Part shown: one piece after another, positions 53,622 through 63,026 of the stretch | How the letters are laid out: every line of letters begins with the position of its first letter | How positions within the stretch are numbered: position 1 is the stretch's first letter | Origin: an uncultured bacterium | Lineage (GTDB): Bacteria; Armatimonadota; HRBIN16 | Direction: 5' to 3' | Assembly: GCA_938027655.1 (NCBI GenBank) | Contig: CALJAP010000054.1 | Span: 1 to 63,026, forward strand | DNA length: 63,026 nucleotides | Translations under genes and position numbers: made by a program | The notes under the pieces: model-generated | What the model was told of the DNA's origin: nothing | The model's database searches: none | The model's input: only the letters and a program-made list of their open reading frames with translations

Positions 53622-56600
53622 TCACGTTGTCAACCGCAGCTTCACGGTGACTATCTCAAAGGGCTGAACGGGGATGGTGAAGGAACCGTCCTGCACCGGC
53701 AGAGTCTGCACATCCCGTTCCAGCAGGTCACAAAGCACCGCCTCACGCACGGGCAGACTGGTGGTCACCGTAACCGCTCCGCGCGAGTTGTACGCCTCGT
53801 ACAGCCGAACAATAACCGCCTCTTCGTCTTCTGCCTTTTTGACCGATTCGAGAATCACCCCGTCACGATTCAGCCAGAAGAACTGTTCCTCGGTGCTCTT
53901 GCTGCCGTGCTGGTGCGCAGGCAATAGGGTCGCTCTGGGTGGGCAATTCAGCCAGTATGCCTCTTCAATCACCCCGCTCTCCTGCAGCGTTCCCGCATGG
54001 GGAAACAGTGAGTAGGTGAAGCGGTGACGTCCCATGTCCGCCTCGGGGTCGGGTGCTTTGGGCGCACGCAGCAAGGTGAGGCGCAGGGTGTTACCGAACA
54101 CGTCGTGCCCGTACTTGCAGTCGTTGAGCAACGCTACACCGTAGCCGTGTTCGCTCAGGTCTACCCACTTTTGCGCGGCGACCTCGAAGCGCGCCATGTC
54201 CCAGCTGGTGTTGTAGTGGGTCGGACGCTCCACGTGACCATACTGTATCTCGTAAGTCGCCCGCTGGCTGTTGATTGCCACAGGAAAAGCCACCTTGAGC
54301 AGTTTATACTCTTCGTACCAGTCCACCTCGCTCACGAAGTCGATGCGCCGACTGCCCTTCGCCAGCTGCACCGTCTGGGTGATGCGTGAGTTGCCGAAGG
54401 GGCGTGTGAAGCGGATGGCTGCCCGAACCGGCCCGCTCTCCACCACCTCTACCGACTCCAGTTCGGTAATCACGCGCCCTTTCTCCTGGTAGAAGATGTC
54501 GATGTCCCATGCATCCCAGAAGAGGGGCTTGTCCTCGAACAGCTGTAGCTGGTTGCCCCTCTCACCGGGCGCAAGCACCTCGCGCCCGTTCTCGCGGTCG
54601 TAAATGCGCTCTATCAGCCCCTGCGCATCGAACTCTATCCGCAGGATGCCATTGTCCAGCACGCGAGGGGAGACGGTAAACGGATTGGCTTCCTCGCAAG
54701 GTTCCTCACGCAGGTCGTACACGGTGTAAGCATACCCTTCCGAGGCGCACCAGTCTTCCAGCAGGGCGACACGTCCGCTTCCATCCTCCACCACCTGTAC
54801 GGGCAGTACCGTTTCGCCAAAGAGCGCAGAACGTGGAGTGACACCTGCGGGCAGGGGCACAGCAACCAGCTGCGTAGAGGGCGCGGGAGGCGTCGTGCGC
54901 ACCACCAGCAGAGGCATTCGCATCCCTTCGGTGTTCACCTGCTCACCGATGGCGCGCAGGGCGTCCTCGACGATTCGCTGTGCAATCTCCCGCACCTGCG
55001 CATAGTCGCGCTCGGAGTCGCGATACACCTCGTTCACCGACGAGCCGGGGATGATGTCATGGAACTGGTTGAGCAGCACCAGCTTCCACGCGCGCTCGAG
55101 CTCCTGCGCCGGGTAGCGGCTCAGCCCGTCGGGGCGCACGCAGGAGAGGAACTCCGCCTCACGCAGCAGGAATTCGCTCTTGCGGTTGTGTCGCTTATTG
55201 CGTGCCTGCGTGGTGTAGGTTCCACGATGCAGTTCCAGATAGAGCTCGCCTACCCACACGGGCAGGTCTTTCGCTTCTGCCTCCGCCTTTGCAAAGAAAT
55301 CGCGGGCGAACTCCAGCGTCACGCGCGGCATCCCCTCCACATCACGCAGGCGTCGGGCATATTCCAGCATCTGCGCAGTGGGACCGCCTCCGCCGTCGCC
55401 GTAACCGTAAATATAGAGCGCACGGCTGGCGCGGTCATGCTCACGGAAGTTGTGCACGTGGTACATTAGCTCACGTGGTGTCATGTTGCCGTTGTAGGTG
55501 TCGGCGGGGGGGAAGTGCGTGAAGATGCGCGTGCCGTCGATGCCTTGCCACAGGAAGGTGTGGTGGGGGAACTTGTTTATCTGGTTCCAGCTGATTTTCT
55601 GGGTCATAAAGTAGCGGACGCCCGCCTTCTTCAAGATTTGCGGCAGGCACGCCGCGTAGCCGAATACGTCCGGCAGCCACAGTTCCACCGTCTCGATACC
55701 GAACTCGTGCATCCAGAACCGCTTGCCGTACAGAATCTGTCGCACCAGCGACTCGCCGCCGGTGATATTGCAATCCGCCTCCACCCACATCGAGCCGGCG
55801 ACCTCCCACTGTCCCTCGCGCACCTTCTGCTTGATGCGCTCGTAAAGACGCGGAGCCAGCTCCTTCACCCACGCATACTGCTGTGCCTGCGAGCAGATGA
55901 ACTTGTATTCGGGATACATGTCCATCAGGCGCAGGGCAGTGGCAAAGGTATGAATGCACTTCTGCTGTGTGCGTTCCAGAGGCCACAGCCAGGCGGTATC
56001 GATATGGGCATGTCCAATCGCGCTAATCTCGTGTGCAGAGGGGCAAGCGGGCTTGTTATACACCTGCGCAATGATTTGGCGACAGCGGGCGATGCTGTTT
56101 CGGTCGTCGGGGTCAAAGGTGTTGACGGCGGCGTTCAGCGCGGTCAGCAATTGCGCCCGGCGAGGTTCGTTCGCCGGCAGCTCCTGCAGCACCTCCAGCG
56201 CCACTTGCATGTCGAAGTATAACGCGGTGATGTCGCGGTCCCACACCGCTAGGTTCGCCATACGGAAGGTGAAGGGGTTTGGCGGAGGCTGCACCGGTTT
56301 GGCATCCACGCTCACATACGGGTTCATGCCTGTTGCCTGCACGTAGAGGGTGATTTCCTCGCCTCCCCGCGCGGACTCGGTGACCAGATACTCGCGGTGG
56401 TTTGCGTCGATGCCCTGTCGCGGGTCGTTTCCCACCCAGACCACCGCCTCCGTTCCGCAGTCTATCAGCGCACAGATGGCTTCTCCGCGCCATTCGGGGG
56501 GAACGACGGCGGTAAAGCGGAACCACGCATCGCTCCATATCGGTCCCCAGGTATACCCCGGCTCCACAGGCAGATACGCTTGTCGAGGGGCGTCTTCAGG

Positions 56601-56729
56601 GGAGATTTTCTCTTTAGGGCGGTATACCGCCGCCTGCATGGGTATCTGCTGTGCCCAGATGCGGGGCTGGAGGTCGTTGCGGATAAAACGCTCCACCCGC
56701 GCCAGAGTGAGTTCAGGATGCTTGAGCAT
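53622..56729 (-). CDS. GH38-family alpha-mannosidase
   Basis: 1035 aa with the GH38 N-domain signature GHAHIDTAWLWP and downstream FLWQG/DGGGG-type motifs. No signal peptide. Confidence 0.88.
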   Translation of the reverse strand: MLKHPELTLARVERFIRNDLQPRIWAQQIPMQAAVYRPKEKISPEDAPRQAYLPVEPGYTWGPIWSDAWFRFTAVVPPEWRGEAICALIDCGTEAVVWVGNDPRQGIDANHREYLVTESARGGEEITLYVQATGMNPYVSVDAKPVQPPPNPFTFRMANLAVWDRDITALYFDMQVALEVLQELPANEPRRAQLLTALNAAVNTFDPDDRNSIARCRQIIAQVYNKPACPSAHEISAIGHAHIDTAWLWPLERTQQKCIHTFATALRLMDMYPEYKFICSQAQQYAWVKELAPRLYERIKQKVREGQWEVAGSMWVEADCNITGGESLVRQILYGKRFWMHEFGIETVELWLPDVFGYAACLPQILKKAGVRYFMTQKISWNQINKFPHHTFLWQGIDGTRIFTHFPPADTYNGNMTPRELMYHVHNFREHDRASRALYIYGYGDGGGGPTAQMLEYARRLRDVEGMPRVTLEFARDFFAKAEAEAKDLPVWVGELYLELHRGTYTTQARNKRHNRKSEFLLREAEFLSCVRPDGLSRYPAQELERAWKLVLLNQFHDIIPGSSVNEVYRDSERDYAQVREIAQRIVEDALRAIGEQVNTEGMRMPLLVVRTTPPAPSTQLVAVPLPAGVTPRSALFGETVLPVQVVEDGSGRVALLEDWCASEGYAYTVYDLREEPCEEANPFTVSPRVLDNGILRIEFDAQGLIERIYDRENGREVLAPGERGNQLQLFEDKPLFWDAWDIDIFYQEKGRVITELESVEVVESGPVRAAIRFTRPFGNSRITQTVQLAKGSRRIDFVSEVDWYEEYKLLKVAFPVAINSQRATYEIQYGHVERPTHYNTSWDMARFEVAAQKWVDLSEHGYGVALLNDCKYGHDVFGNTLRLTLLRAPKAPDPEADMGRHRFTYSLFPHAGTLQESGVIEEAYWLNCPPRATLLPAHQHGSKSTEEQFFWLNRDGVILESVKKAEDEEAVIVRLYEAYNSRGAVTVTTSLPVREAVLCDLLERDVQTLPVQDGSFTIPVQPFEIVTVKLRLTT

Positions 56730-56857
56730 GGATGCGCTCTTGTCACCTCCGTCGTTGGCGTTGTTCGCATGAGATCGTAACGGTAGTTTCTCCTGACAAG
56801 GGTGCTCTTCCTGCCCATGAGGAGGGAAGGCTCTGATGTACCGATTGTATCGCCACC

Positions 56858-56888
56858 CTGAGATGCTTCGCTAACGCTCAGCATGACA
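56858..56888 (-). repeat. dispersed repeat module B (reverse orientation)
   Basis: The plus strand reads ctgagatgcttcgctaacgctcagcatgaca. Confidence 0.85.
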
Positions 56889-56917
56889 AAATGGATTGAA
56901 AAGCATCTGTGCAGTCT

Positions 56918-57028
56918 CCCCACCATCGAAATGGTGGGCTATGGTGAGCAGAAACCTGTCTTCACAGGTTTTCTAGTCCACGCAAGCGGATTTTGCCCCC
57001 TTCATCGCCCATGATTTCCATCGTGGGC
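56918..57028 (+). repeat. train of three short hairpin modules
   Basis: cccaccat-cgaa-atggtggg (56918-56938), gaaacctgt-cttc-acaggtttyc (56951-56972), and gcccatgat-ttcc-atcgtgggc (57007-57028). The first and third are related words in opposite orientation. Confidence 0.7.
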
Positions 57029-57196
57029 TTCAGCATGGTGAAGACGCAAAACGGGCTTGTCTGCATCCAAATAGTCAGGTGTGGCAGAGTAGTAATGGTT
57101 GTCCTCGCAGAGGAGAGCTTGTTGTGGGTTCAATGTGGCATATTCTTCTAACACGTTTTCGGGTGATGTTCGCCTGTTGCCTGCTCGTTACCACAT

Positions 57197-57225
57197 TTGA
57201 CAAATTCTCGCTATGATGCCATAAT
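57197..57225 (+). promoter_or_regulatory. promoter candidate for the ECF sigma locus
   Basis: TTGACA, a 17-nt spacer, then CATAAT, about 70 nt upstream of 57297. Confidence 0.45.
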
Positions 57226-57296
57226 GGACGCACAGCTGTTCCCTGCGCGCGTTTGGTGTAAGGGTTCTTCTCACTTCGGAAAAGGGGGGAACTATT

Positions 57297-57799
57297 GTGT
57301 ATCGCCACGAGGCAACCGTAGGATACTTTCTCCGATGGGGTTTTGCCCTACACGACGCAGAAGACCTGGCGCAAGAGGTGCAGATACGCCTCTGGCTGGC
57401 GCAGCAACACGGCTCGGAATGTAACCATTTGCTCTGGCGTCGCACATGCCGCTCGGTATGGTGTGACTACCTGCGTCGCGTGCGCAGGGAGCGGCAGCTT
57501 TTTGTGCCTCTGGAGGAGGCTGTGGATTACCCTGCGCCCTCGTGCTGTGTGTGGACGAGGCGCTGCTGCTTCTTCCAGACGAACAGCGGACAATAGTTCG
57601 CCTGCACATCGAGGAAGAGATGACCTTTTCAGAGATCGCCTTCGAACTGGGTAAAACGCCCTGCGCGGTGCAGAAGCAGTATCAGCGTGCCATCCAGAAA
57701 TTAAGGAAATACTTTGATTTGCCAGACAATCGGGGGGGTAAAACCACTCATCTGGTGGTTGGGAGGATAAGCGAAGAGATTTTTTGTGCCACAGCGTGA
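57297..57799 (+). pseudogene. ECF-type sigma-70 factor split by a frameshift
   Basis: A region-2-like ORF (DAEDLAQEVQIRLW; 57297-57596, frame 0) and a region-4-like ORF (LLLLPDEQRTIVRLHIEEEMTFSEIAFELGKTPCAVQKQYQRAIQKL; frame 2, open from 57467) overlap. The junction is near 57535-57545. Confidence 0.65.
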
Positions 57800-57865
57800 A
57801 ACATGTCCTGTTTTGCCTTGTTCGAACGTCTATAATAGTAGAACAGCACATAACGGAGGCGCACG

Positions 57866-58048
57866 ATGCTAGCAAGAATGGCAACACTATCCATACTGGC
57901 GGGATTGGTAATCTGGACACCTCTCAATGCGGAGGCGCAGTACTATGGCTATCTACCTTTGCAGACGGGAGGTTGCGAACAGACGAGGGTTACTGTCCGA
58001 AGTGGTAGTAGAGCCCTAGCTGATACATTGGGTAGTATGGAGCCTTGA
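57866..58048 (+). CDS. small secreted peptide candidate (60 aa)
   Basis: GGAGG lies 7 nt before the ATG. It has a signal-like N-terminus with AEA-Q. Confidence 0.3.
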   Translation: MLARMATLSILAGLVIWTPLNAEAQYYGYLPLQTGGCEQTRVTVRSGSRALADTLGSMEP

Positions 58049-58153
58049 TGCCGACCGCCCGCCGCGGCTGGTTGCCGAGTAGCTCTTCTCGCTAGGCCGG
58101 AGGTTCGTTCTTTAATAGTAAGACAGGACCTGGACACTCTAAGGAGGTTAGCA

Positions 58154-59218
58154 ATGTTAACACGGCGATACGGCTTGCTACGCATCTTTGCTTCGTTTGT
58201 TATCCTGATGCCCGTCACAAATGGCTGGGCTCAGAGGAACGACGACTCCTCTTCTCAAGACGCCTCCGCGCCTATTCGCTTTGTACAGATACTCCAACAA
58301 CTGAGTAGCAAGATGTCGGATGGCTTGCTTGCGGAGTGTTACTACTCTGACGAACTACTGATGCCCCCGAACGCGATGGCTCTACGTAGCAGCGCGGACA
58401 TCCAAAGCGTTGCAGCAGCTTATCATCGTGAGATTGTGCGCACGGGCAACACATTCGTCCTACGTGTCGGTCAACAGGCACCCCTAATGTTCAGCCTGAC
58501 CTTCAAACGAAAGCAGGAGCAAAGAAACGCCTCGCTATTTTCGGCAGTGTGGTGGAAGGGAACAGAATACGACCAGATGGAAATTCGCGTGAGCAAGAGC
58601 GAAGAGGGGGTAATGCGGGTTTTCGTCAAAGCGATAGCAGTACCTCTATCCAGATTCTGCGAACGGTTCTCCAAAGAGACGGGTTGGCGGCTACAAGTGG
58701 AGCCAGATTTACAGGCAGTGCGCATTTTTGCCAAATGGCGATCTGCGTCGCCAGGGGAGGTGATAGAAGCTATCTCGCTGTTGCTGCGCAGTGAGGTACA
58801 GGTATCTTTCTCGCGCAGTGCAGAACAGAAGCAAGCAGAACAACGTGCAGTGGAGGAAGAAGAGGTATCTCTGGCAGAACATGCAAAGATTACATACACA
58901 CGCGCGAAGTATACGGAACAGCTGCTACCGGAGTTGCTGAACGAGCTGACACCAGAGGAACTGGAGCGGCTTCGGCAAGGACAGGAGGTGGAGATCCCTA
59001 TTTCCCGTTTGTCGCCAGGTCTGAGTGACCGCGCCTTGCGTTTCGCAGCAGACTTATGGGATGCCCTATTTGCAACAATGGAACCTTCGGAAGGGGAGGT
59101 GTTTGTGAGAGAGCACCTGCGCGAATGCGAGCCAGTACTTCTGCTACCCACGCCGCAACGGAGTAACCTGGGCATTCGTCTCAGAAATCCTTCTAATGGG
59201 GAGGAATACGTGCTTTAA
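58154..59218 (+). CDS. secreted hypothetical protein with a secretin/TonB N-terminal (STN)-like segment
   Basis: AAGGAGG SD and a signal peptide. The segment FCERFSKETGWRLQVEPDLQAVRIFAKWRSASPGEVIEAISLLL resembles STN/FecR-partner domains. A Glu-rich coiled region follows. Confidence 0.55.
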   Translation: MLTRRYGLLRIFASFVILMPVTNGWAQRNDDSSSQDASAPIRFVQILQQLSSKMSDGLLAECYYSDELLMPPNAMALRSSADIQSVAAAYHREIVRTGNTFVLRVGQQAPLMFSLTFKRKQEQRNASLFSAVWWKGTEYDQMEIRVSKSEEGVMRVFVKAIAVPLSRFCERFSKETGWRLQVEPDLQAVRIFAKWRSASPGEVIEAISLLLRSEVQVSFSRSAEQKQAEQRAVEEEEVSLAEHAKITYTRAKYTEQLLPELLNELTPEELERLRQGQEVEIPISRLSPGLSDRALRFAADLWDALFATMEPSEGEVFVREHLRECEPVLLLPTPQRSNLGIRLRNPSNGEEYVL

Positions 59219-59366
59219 AGGCAAGCTCTGGTCGTTTCGTCCCGGCTCCTGATCCCTGTCAGCATATGATTGTCTCGCCGACAGATGTCGGAACGAACTC
59301 TAGCATAGAACTTCCCCGCGCCCTCTGCGTCCTATATAGTGAGAACCTTTGTGGGGAGGTATTCAG

Positions 59367-59993
59367 ATGAAGGCACGTGTTTCCCTTCGGAGGGCGGGGG
59401 GTATTGTGCTGGCGTTGCTGGTGGGTTTCCTGCTGGGCAGTAGCATCCAGCCGCTGCGCTCACAGCCGTCGGCACAACCGTCCGTTGCCCAGCCCGCAGG
59501 CGACGCGCTGGTGGAGAAGCTGGTGCGCGAGGCGGATGAGACGGGCAGGCAGGTGCGCACCGACGTTGCCGCGCTGACCGAGCTGATGAAGCGGGTCATC
59601 CGCGAAGTGGAAATGGGGCAGCAATATCCCGACCTGGAACAGCAGGGTAAGGTGCTCACCGAACGTATCGGGGTGGACGTAGAAGTGGCGATTGTCCAGA
59701 CGCTGCTGGCGGTAGCGGAGAAGTCGGTAATACGCAACGGGCAGGAGCAGTGGGTGATTCAGCGCATGGCGGACTTCTTTAAAGTACCTCAGTCCGACGT
59801 GTTGCGCTACCGCGAGAAGGGCTATACGCTCAGCTCCCTCATTCTGGCGTATGGTATCGCCAAGGCGGCGAACGCCACGCCGGAGCGGGTGTTCGAGATG
59901 CGCCAGATGCGGCAGAGCTGGCCCGCTATTGCGGTGACGTTGGGAGTGAAGCCGCAGGAGATCGGCAAGGCGTTGCAGGGGCTGTTCCCCTAG
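59367..59993 (+). CDS. hypothetical membrane-anchored/secreted protein
   Basis: GGGGAGG lies 7 nt before the ATG at 59367, followed by an N-terminal TM or signal segment (GIVLALLVGFLLG). The ORF track starts at TTG 59349. Confidence 0.55.
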   Translation: MKARVSLRRAGGIVLALLVGFLLGSSIQPLRSQPSAQPSVAQPAGDALVEKLVREADETGRQVRTDVAALTELMKRVIREVEMGQQYPDLEQQGKVLTERIGVDVEVAIVQTLLAVAEKSVIRNGQEQWVIQRMADFFKVPQSDVLRYREKGYTLSSLILAYGIAKAANATPERVFEMRQMRQSWPAIAVTLGVKPQEIGKALQGLFP

Positions 59994-62900
59994 CGAGCCA
60001 CTTCCGCCTGACCCGGGATAAGCACGCCGTCGCCCGTACCGATGTCCCAGATGAGCAGCACGGCGCGACCGTCGCCGTTGGAATCTGACCGCAACAGGGC
60101 GAGGGGAGCCTCTCCTTCCAGCTGTATCTCGCCCCGGCGGGTAGACTTCAACCTCCACCAGACGGTACGCGCCTCGTTGCTGACCGCCATGCCCTGCACG
60201 GGTGCGACCGCATCCAGAGCCAGCACGGTGGGCGTGCGCACGATACGTTGCGTCTCGTCGATCTCGCCGACCAGCGCCCTGCCGCGCAGGAACTCGTAGT
60301 CTCCCAGCCACAACCGCCATCGCTTGCCCTCACGCTGAGCGCGAAAGATTTCATAGTCCGCCTGATGCTCTCCTGCGCGGAAAAGCACCGCACGGTTGCG
60401 CAGTGCCTGCGCTGTGACATTGGCTTGCAGGTGAACCACCACCTCGTGTTTGTCGGGCGACACCTCTGCGACCGTTCCCCACAGGTCATGTGCCTGCACT
60501 TTCCGGTCGCGATGAACCACCTCGCCGCCGCTCACAAACGCCTGTCGGAGTTCGCCGTCGCTATCATAACGCATCACCGCGAAAGCCGCTCCGCAGGTGG
60601 TACCGTCCGGCAACTCCACCCGCTTCTCTGGTGTAAGGGAAAGCAAAACCAGGTCGCGTCCGTGCCGGTGGACTATCTCTATCGCCACAGTGTCTGTACC
60701 GGCTGACGAAAACGGCAGCAGGCGCACCCTGCGGATAGGTGACGTGCTTCGCGACGCCTCGGTCACTGTGACGAAAGTGGTGCGCAGAGGCTCTGTCCCT
60801 TCCGCCTGTGTGTGGGCAATCAGGTATTTGAGCGGTGGGTTGGCGCGGTTGCCCTTCGGGTAGCCGTTGCAGGCGATAAAGCGCGTCCGTTGCGTGGGCA
60901 GCCAGTGGATGCGCAGGCGGATGTCACCCTGACGCCAGCTTGCCAGCCAGGGTCGGTCGCTTTGCGTCTCCTGTGGGTCGGTGAGGAAGGCGAAACCACT
61001 GCCTGTGTAGCCGCCAAAACCTGAGGTGGCGTTTGCACGCTGGGGGTCGTCGTACATCGTGCCAAAGGGCACACTCTCGCCCGCGAGCGTACCGGAGCGC
61101 GGTTCCGGGAAGGCGATTCCCCGATATACCACATCCGCCGTCGGCAGGTGCAGGGAATAATGATGCCCTTTGCCGCCCTGCACGTGAAACACGTCCACCA
61201 CGTAGAAGGCATCGTCGCCTGGCAGGTCTATCATGGCTGTTTGCCGACGGTAGAGATGTGCCTTATCGGGATAAACGCTCTCGGCGGAGGCGTCCACGAG
61301 CTTTGCCCAGCCGGTGTGCGCGAATCGGTGCAGGCGTCCTCTGGCGAGGTTTGCCTGTCGCTGCGCGTCGACCATCACCGTACAGTGGCTGACGGTGTGC
61401 GTTGTCCAGCCGGGTGGCTCCGGGTCGTCGGCGGCAAACTGCGGATATCCGAGGTCCGGCAGTAACTTCTTGCCGAAGGCGAACAGTTCGATATTGAGCC
61501 GGTCGTAATGCCCATGTCCACCGCCTGCCCAGCCGTAGTAAAGGGTGAGCGCACGCTCGTTCTCGCCCCTTCCCCCGCGCAGAATCACTAGTCCGTAATC
61601 GCCCAGCAAGCGAGAGCGCTCGTAGGGGGAGGTATCAGCCTGGGTAGGAGGTGCAGGCGGAAACGCGGGCAGGAACAGGTCGGCGAACCCGGTGTAGGCG
61701 CGTTCGGCGTCTCCTTGCGGACTGGGCAGCAGGGGGTAGAACAGCGGGTCGCCATACTGGCGATAGGCGATTTCCGCCATCCACGCGGGCAAGTCAATGC
61801 GCGAGAGGTCCACACTGCCCGAATCGCCGATGGTGGGTGTGAAGCCCTTCGCCGCGCTCAGTTCGAACGGATAGTAGAACAATCGGCGCACCACCGGGTG
61901 CTCGAACAGGTTCACCCCTGCTCGTTGCAGGGTGTCGCAGATGCGTGCCACCTCCTGATTCCAGAGGAAATGGTATCCGGGCGCGGATTCGTGTCCCATC
62001 CCCTCGCGGAAGAAGAGGTTAGCGAGTGCGAACTGTAACCCCTCGTGTGTGTAGCGGTCGCCCGTGTTGTTCAGCAAATAGTCTAACGACCATTTCAGCA
62101 GCTCCGGGTCCTGCGAGACAATGGCGGTGGTGAGCAGTGTCTTCTGGTGCATCCCATAATTGCCGGAGATACGGTACTCCTTGATGGCTTTCACGAACTC
62201 CATCAGCAGGTTGCGGTACAGGTGCTGGCGGATGGCGTCGGCGTCTTTACCGAGCGACCTCTGCAGCTCCGCATCTTCGTCAATGGCGTCCCAGACGAAA
62301 TCCACCGCCTCCGCGAGGTTCGTCGCCACACCTGTTTCCCAAATAGCGTTGACGATTTTGCCCGTGTAGGAGGGCGCGAACTCGGTGGCGTAGCGTGACT
62401 GCTTGTTGTGGTCCATATCGGGATAGTAGTCGGCGATACGGCAGAGCATCACCAGCGCCTTGTGCGCGTAACGACGGTCGCCTGTCAGCAGGTACGCCCG
62501 CGCCAGATTGTGCACCGCCGGGATGATGTGGCGCATCCAGTGCCAGTGGCAGTAGTAGGCCACAAACCAGTATTTCTTCTCCTCGCCGGGTTTCTTCCAG
62601 CCCCAACCGTCGTCGGGATAGTCGCCCGTGAGCAGGGAGCGGTCTTTCATCCCGCCCCTCAGGAACGCGCCGAAGTCGTTGGAGGGGAACTCGCTCTTGC
62701 AGTTCGGGCAGATGACCTTCCACGGTTTCTCTAGGGGCGTTTCGAAGCCGTAGTTACCGTACTTGAAGGTTTCTCTACCGCATACGGGGCATCCCGAGAA
62801 GCTGATGTTGAACGCGCGAGGCACCTGCGGTGGGGGGATGGTTTCACGCAGGTACTCATCGCCCAATTGCGCCCATTGCTCTGCCATCTGCAGGATGTCC

Positions 62901-63013
62901 TGTACCGCCTGACGCGCTGGCTCCTCATGCGCCAGACGGTGACGCGCACGCTGTATCTGTTCAGGTGTGAACAGGGCAACGCTCTTTTTGGGCACGCTGT
63001 CCGCCTTTCCCAC
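59990..63013 (-). CDS. heparinase II/III-like (polysaccharide lyase fold) protein with an N-terminal zinc-ribbon insert
   Basis: 1007 aa. It has CPVCGRE...ICPNCKSEF in the N-terminal alpha/alpha-toroid-like region and an HGHYD motif typical of heparinase II/III-like C-domains. Confidence 0.6.
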   Translation of the reverse strand: MGKADSVPKKSVALFTPEQIQRARHRLAHEEPARQAVQDILQMAEQWAQLGDEYLRETIPPPQVPRAFNISFSGCPVCGRETFKYGNYGFETPLEKPWKVICPNCKSEFPSNDFGAFLRGGMKDRSLLTGDYPDDGWGWKKPGEEKKYWFVAYYCHWHWMRHIIPAVHNLARAYLLTGDRRYAHKALVMLCRIADYYPDMDHNKQSRYATEFAPSYTGKIVNAIWETGVATNLAEAVDFVWDAIDEDAELQRSLGKDADAIRQHLYRNLLMEFVKAIKEYRISGNYGMHQKTLLTTAIVSQDPELLKWSLDYLLNNTGDRYTHEGLQFALANLFFREGMGHESAPGYHFLWNQEVARICDTLQRAGVNLFEHPVVRRLFYYPFELSAAKGFTPTIGDSGSVDLSRIDLPAWMAEIAYRQYGDPLFYPLLPSPQGDAERAYTGFADLFLPAFPPAPPTQADTSPYERSRLLGDYGLVILRGGRGENERALTLYYGWAGGGHGHYDRLNIELFAFGKKLLPDLGYPQFAADDPEPPGWTTHTVSHCTVMVDAQRQANLARGRLHRFAHTGWAKLVDASAESVYPDKAHLYRRQTAMIDLPGDDAFYVVDVFHVQGGKGHHYSLHLPTADVVYRGIAFPEPRSGTLAGESVPFGTMYDDPQRANATSGFGGYTGSGFAFLTDPQETQSDRPWLASWRQGDIRLRIHWLPTQRTRFIACNGYPKGNRANPPLKYLIAHTQAEGTEPLRTTFVTVTEASRSTSPIRRVRLLPFSSAGTDTVAIEIVHRHGRDLVLLSLTPEKRVELPDGTTCGAAFAVMRYDSDGELRQAFVSGGEVVHRDRKVQAHDLWGTVAEVSPDKHEVVVHLQANVTAQALRNRAVLFRAGEHQADYEIFRAQREGKRWRLWLGDYEFLRGRALVGEIDETQRIVRTPTVLALDAVAPVQGMAVSNEARTVWWRLKSTRRGEIQLEGEAPLALLRSDSNGDGRAVLLIWDIGTGDGVLIPGQAEVAR

Positions 63014-63026
63014 CGTGATGCCGATA

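Noticed and set aside
52745-53650. A 301-aa plus-strand ORF, and the 166-aa ORF at 52329-52829.
   Set aside because: They run antisense to the lipoprotein and beta-rich protein genes, which have lipobox or signal features and ATGA coupling. Their composition is Ser/Arg/Pro-rich.
57520-57550. I considered programmed -1 ribosomal frameshifting in the ECF sigma gene.
   Set aside because: There is no slippery heptamer and no obvious downstream stimulatory structure at the junction. A mutational indel or an assembly indel is more parsimonious.

Overview
This is a 63-kb, gene-dense bacterial chromosomal segment. Core genes look about 60-65% GC by eye. The backbone is housekeeping: rpsO-pnp, an M16 peptidase, dapB, uvrC, rapZ-yvcK, thrC, MTAP, a porin-glnB pair, hflX, a SigH-type sigma factor, mutY, kdsB, nnr, glcD, trkA, and two tRNAs (Lys-UUU, Leu-CAA). 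kdsB, OMP-like barrels, a PEP-CTERM protein and a periplasmic HtrA point to a diderm. Several large secreted glycan-active-looking proteins are present: a GH38 mannosidase, a heparinase II/III-like protein, and two unassigned 800-950 aa proteins. The lineage cannot be assigned from sequence alone; an uncultured thermophilic Armatimonadota-like organism is only a low-confidence guess. Four lower-GC patches (about 42-53% on hand-counted 60-nt samples) interrupt the backbone. (i) 178-3270 is a nuclease-like ORF plus an atypical long DNA methyltransferase. (ii) 25054-26635 is a compact three-gene cassette of unknown function next to hflX, and is the best candidate for an undescribed accessory or conflict system. 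(iii) 35456-41125 holds two giant secreted proteins followed by a decayed RHS/YD fragment. (iv) 57197-59993 holds a frameshifted ECF sigma factor plus secreted unknowns. Almost every longer intergenic region is filled by a modular family of short GC-rich hairpin repeats. Some of these repeats reach into CDS termini. I saw no rRNA, CRISPR array, transposase, integrase or prophage structural genes.
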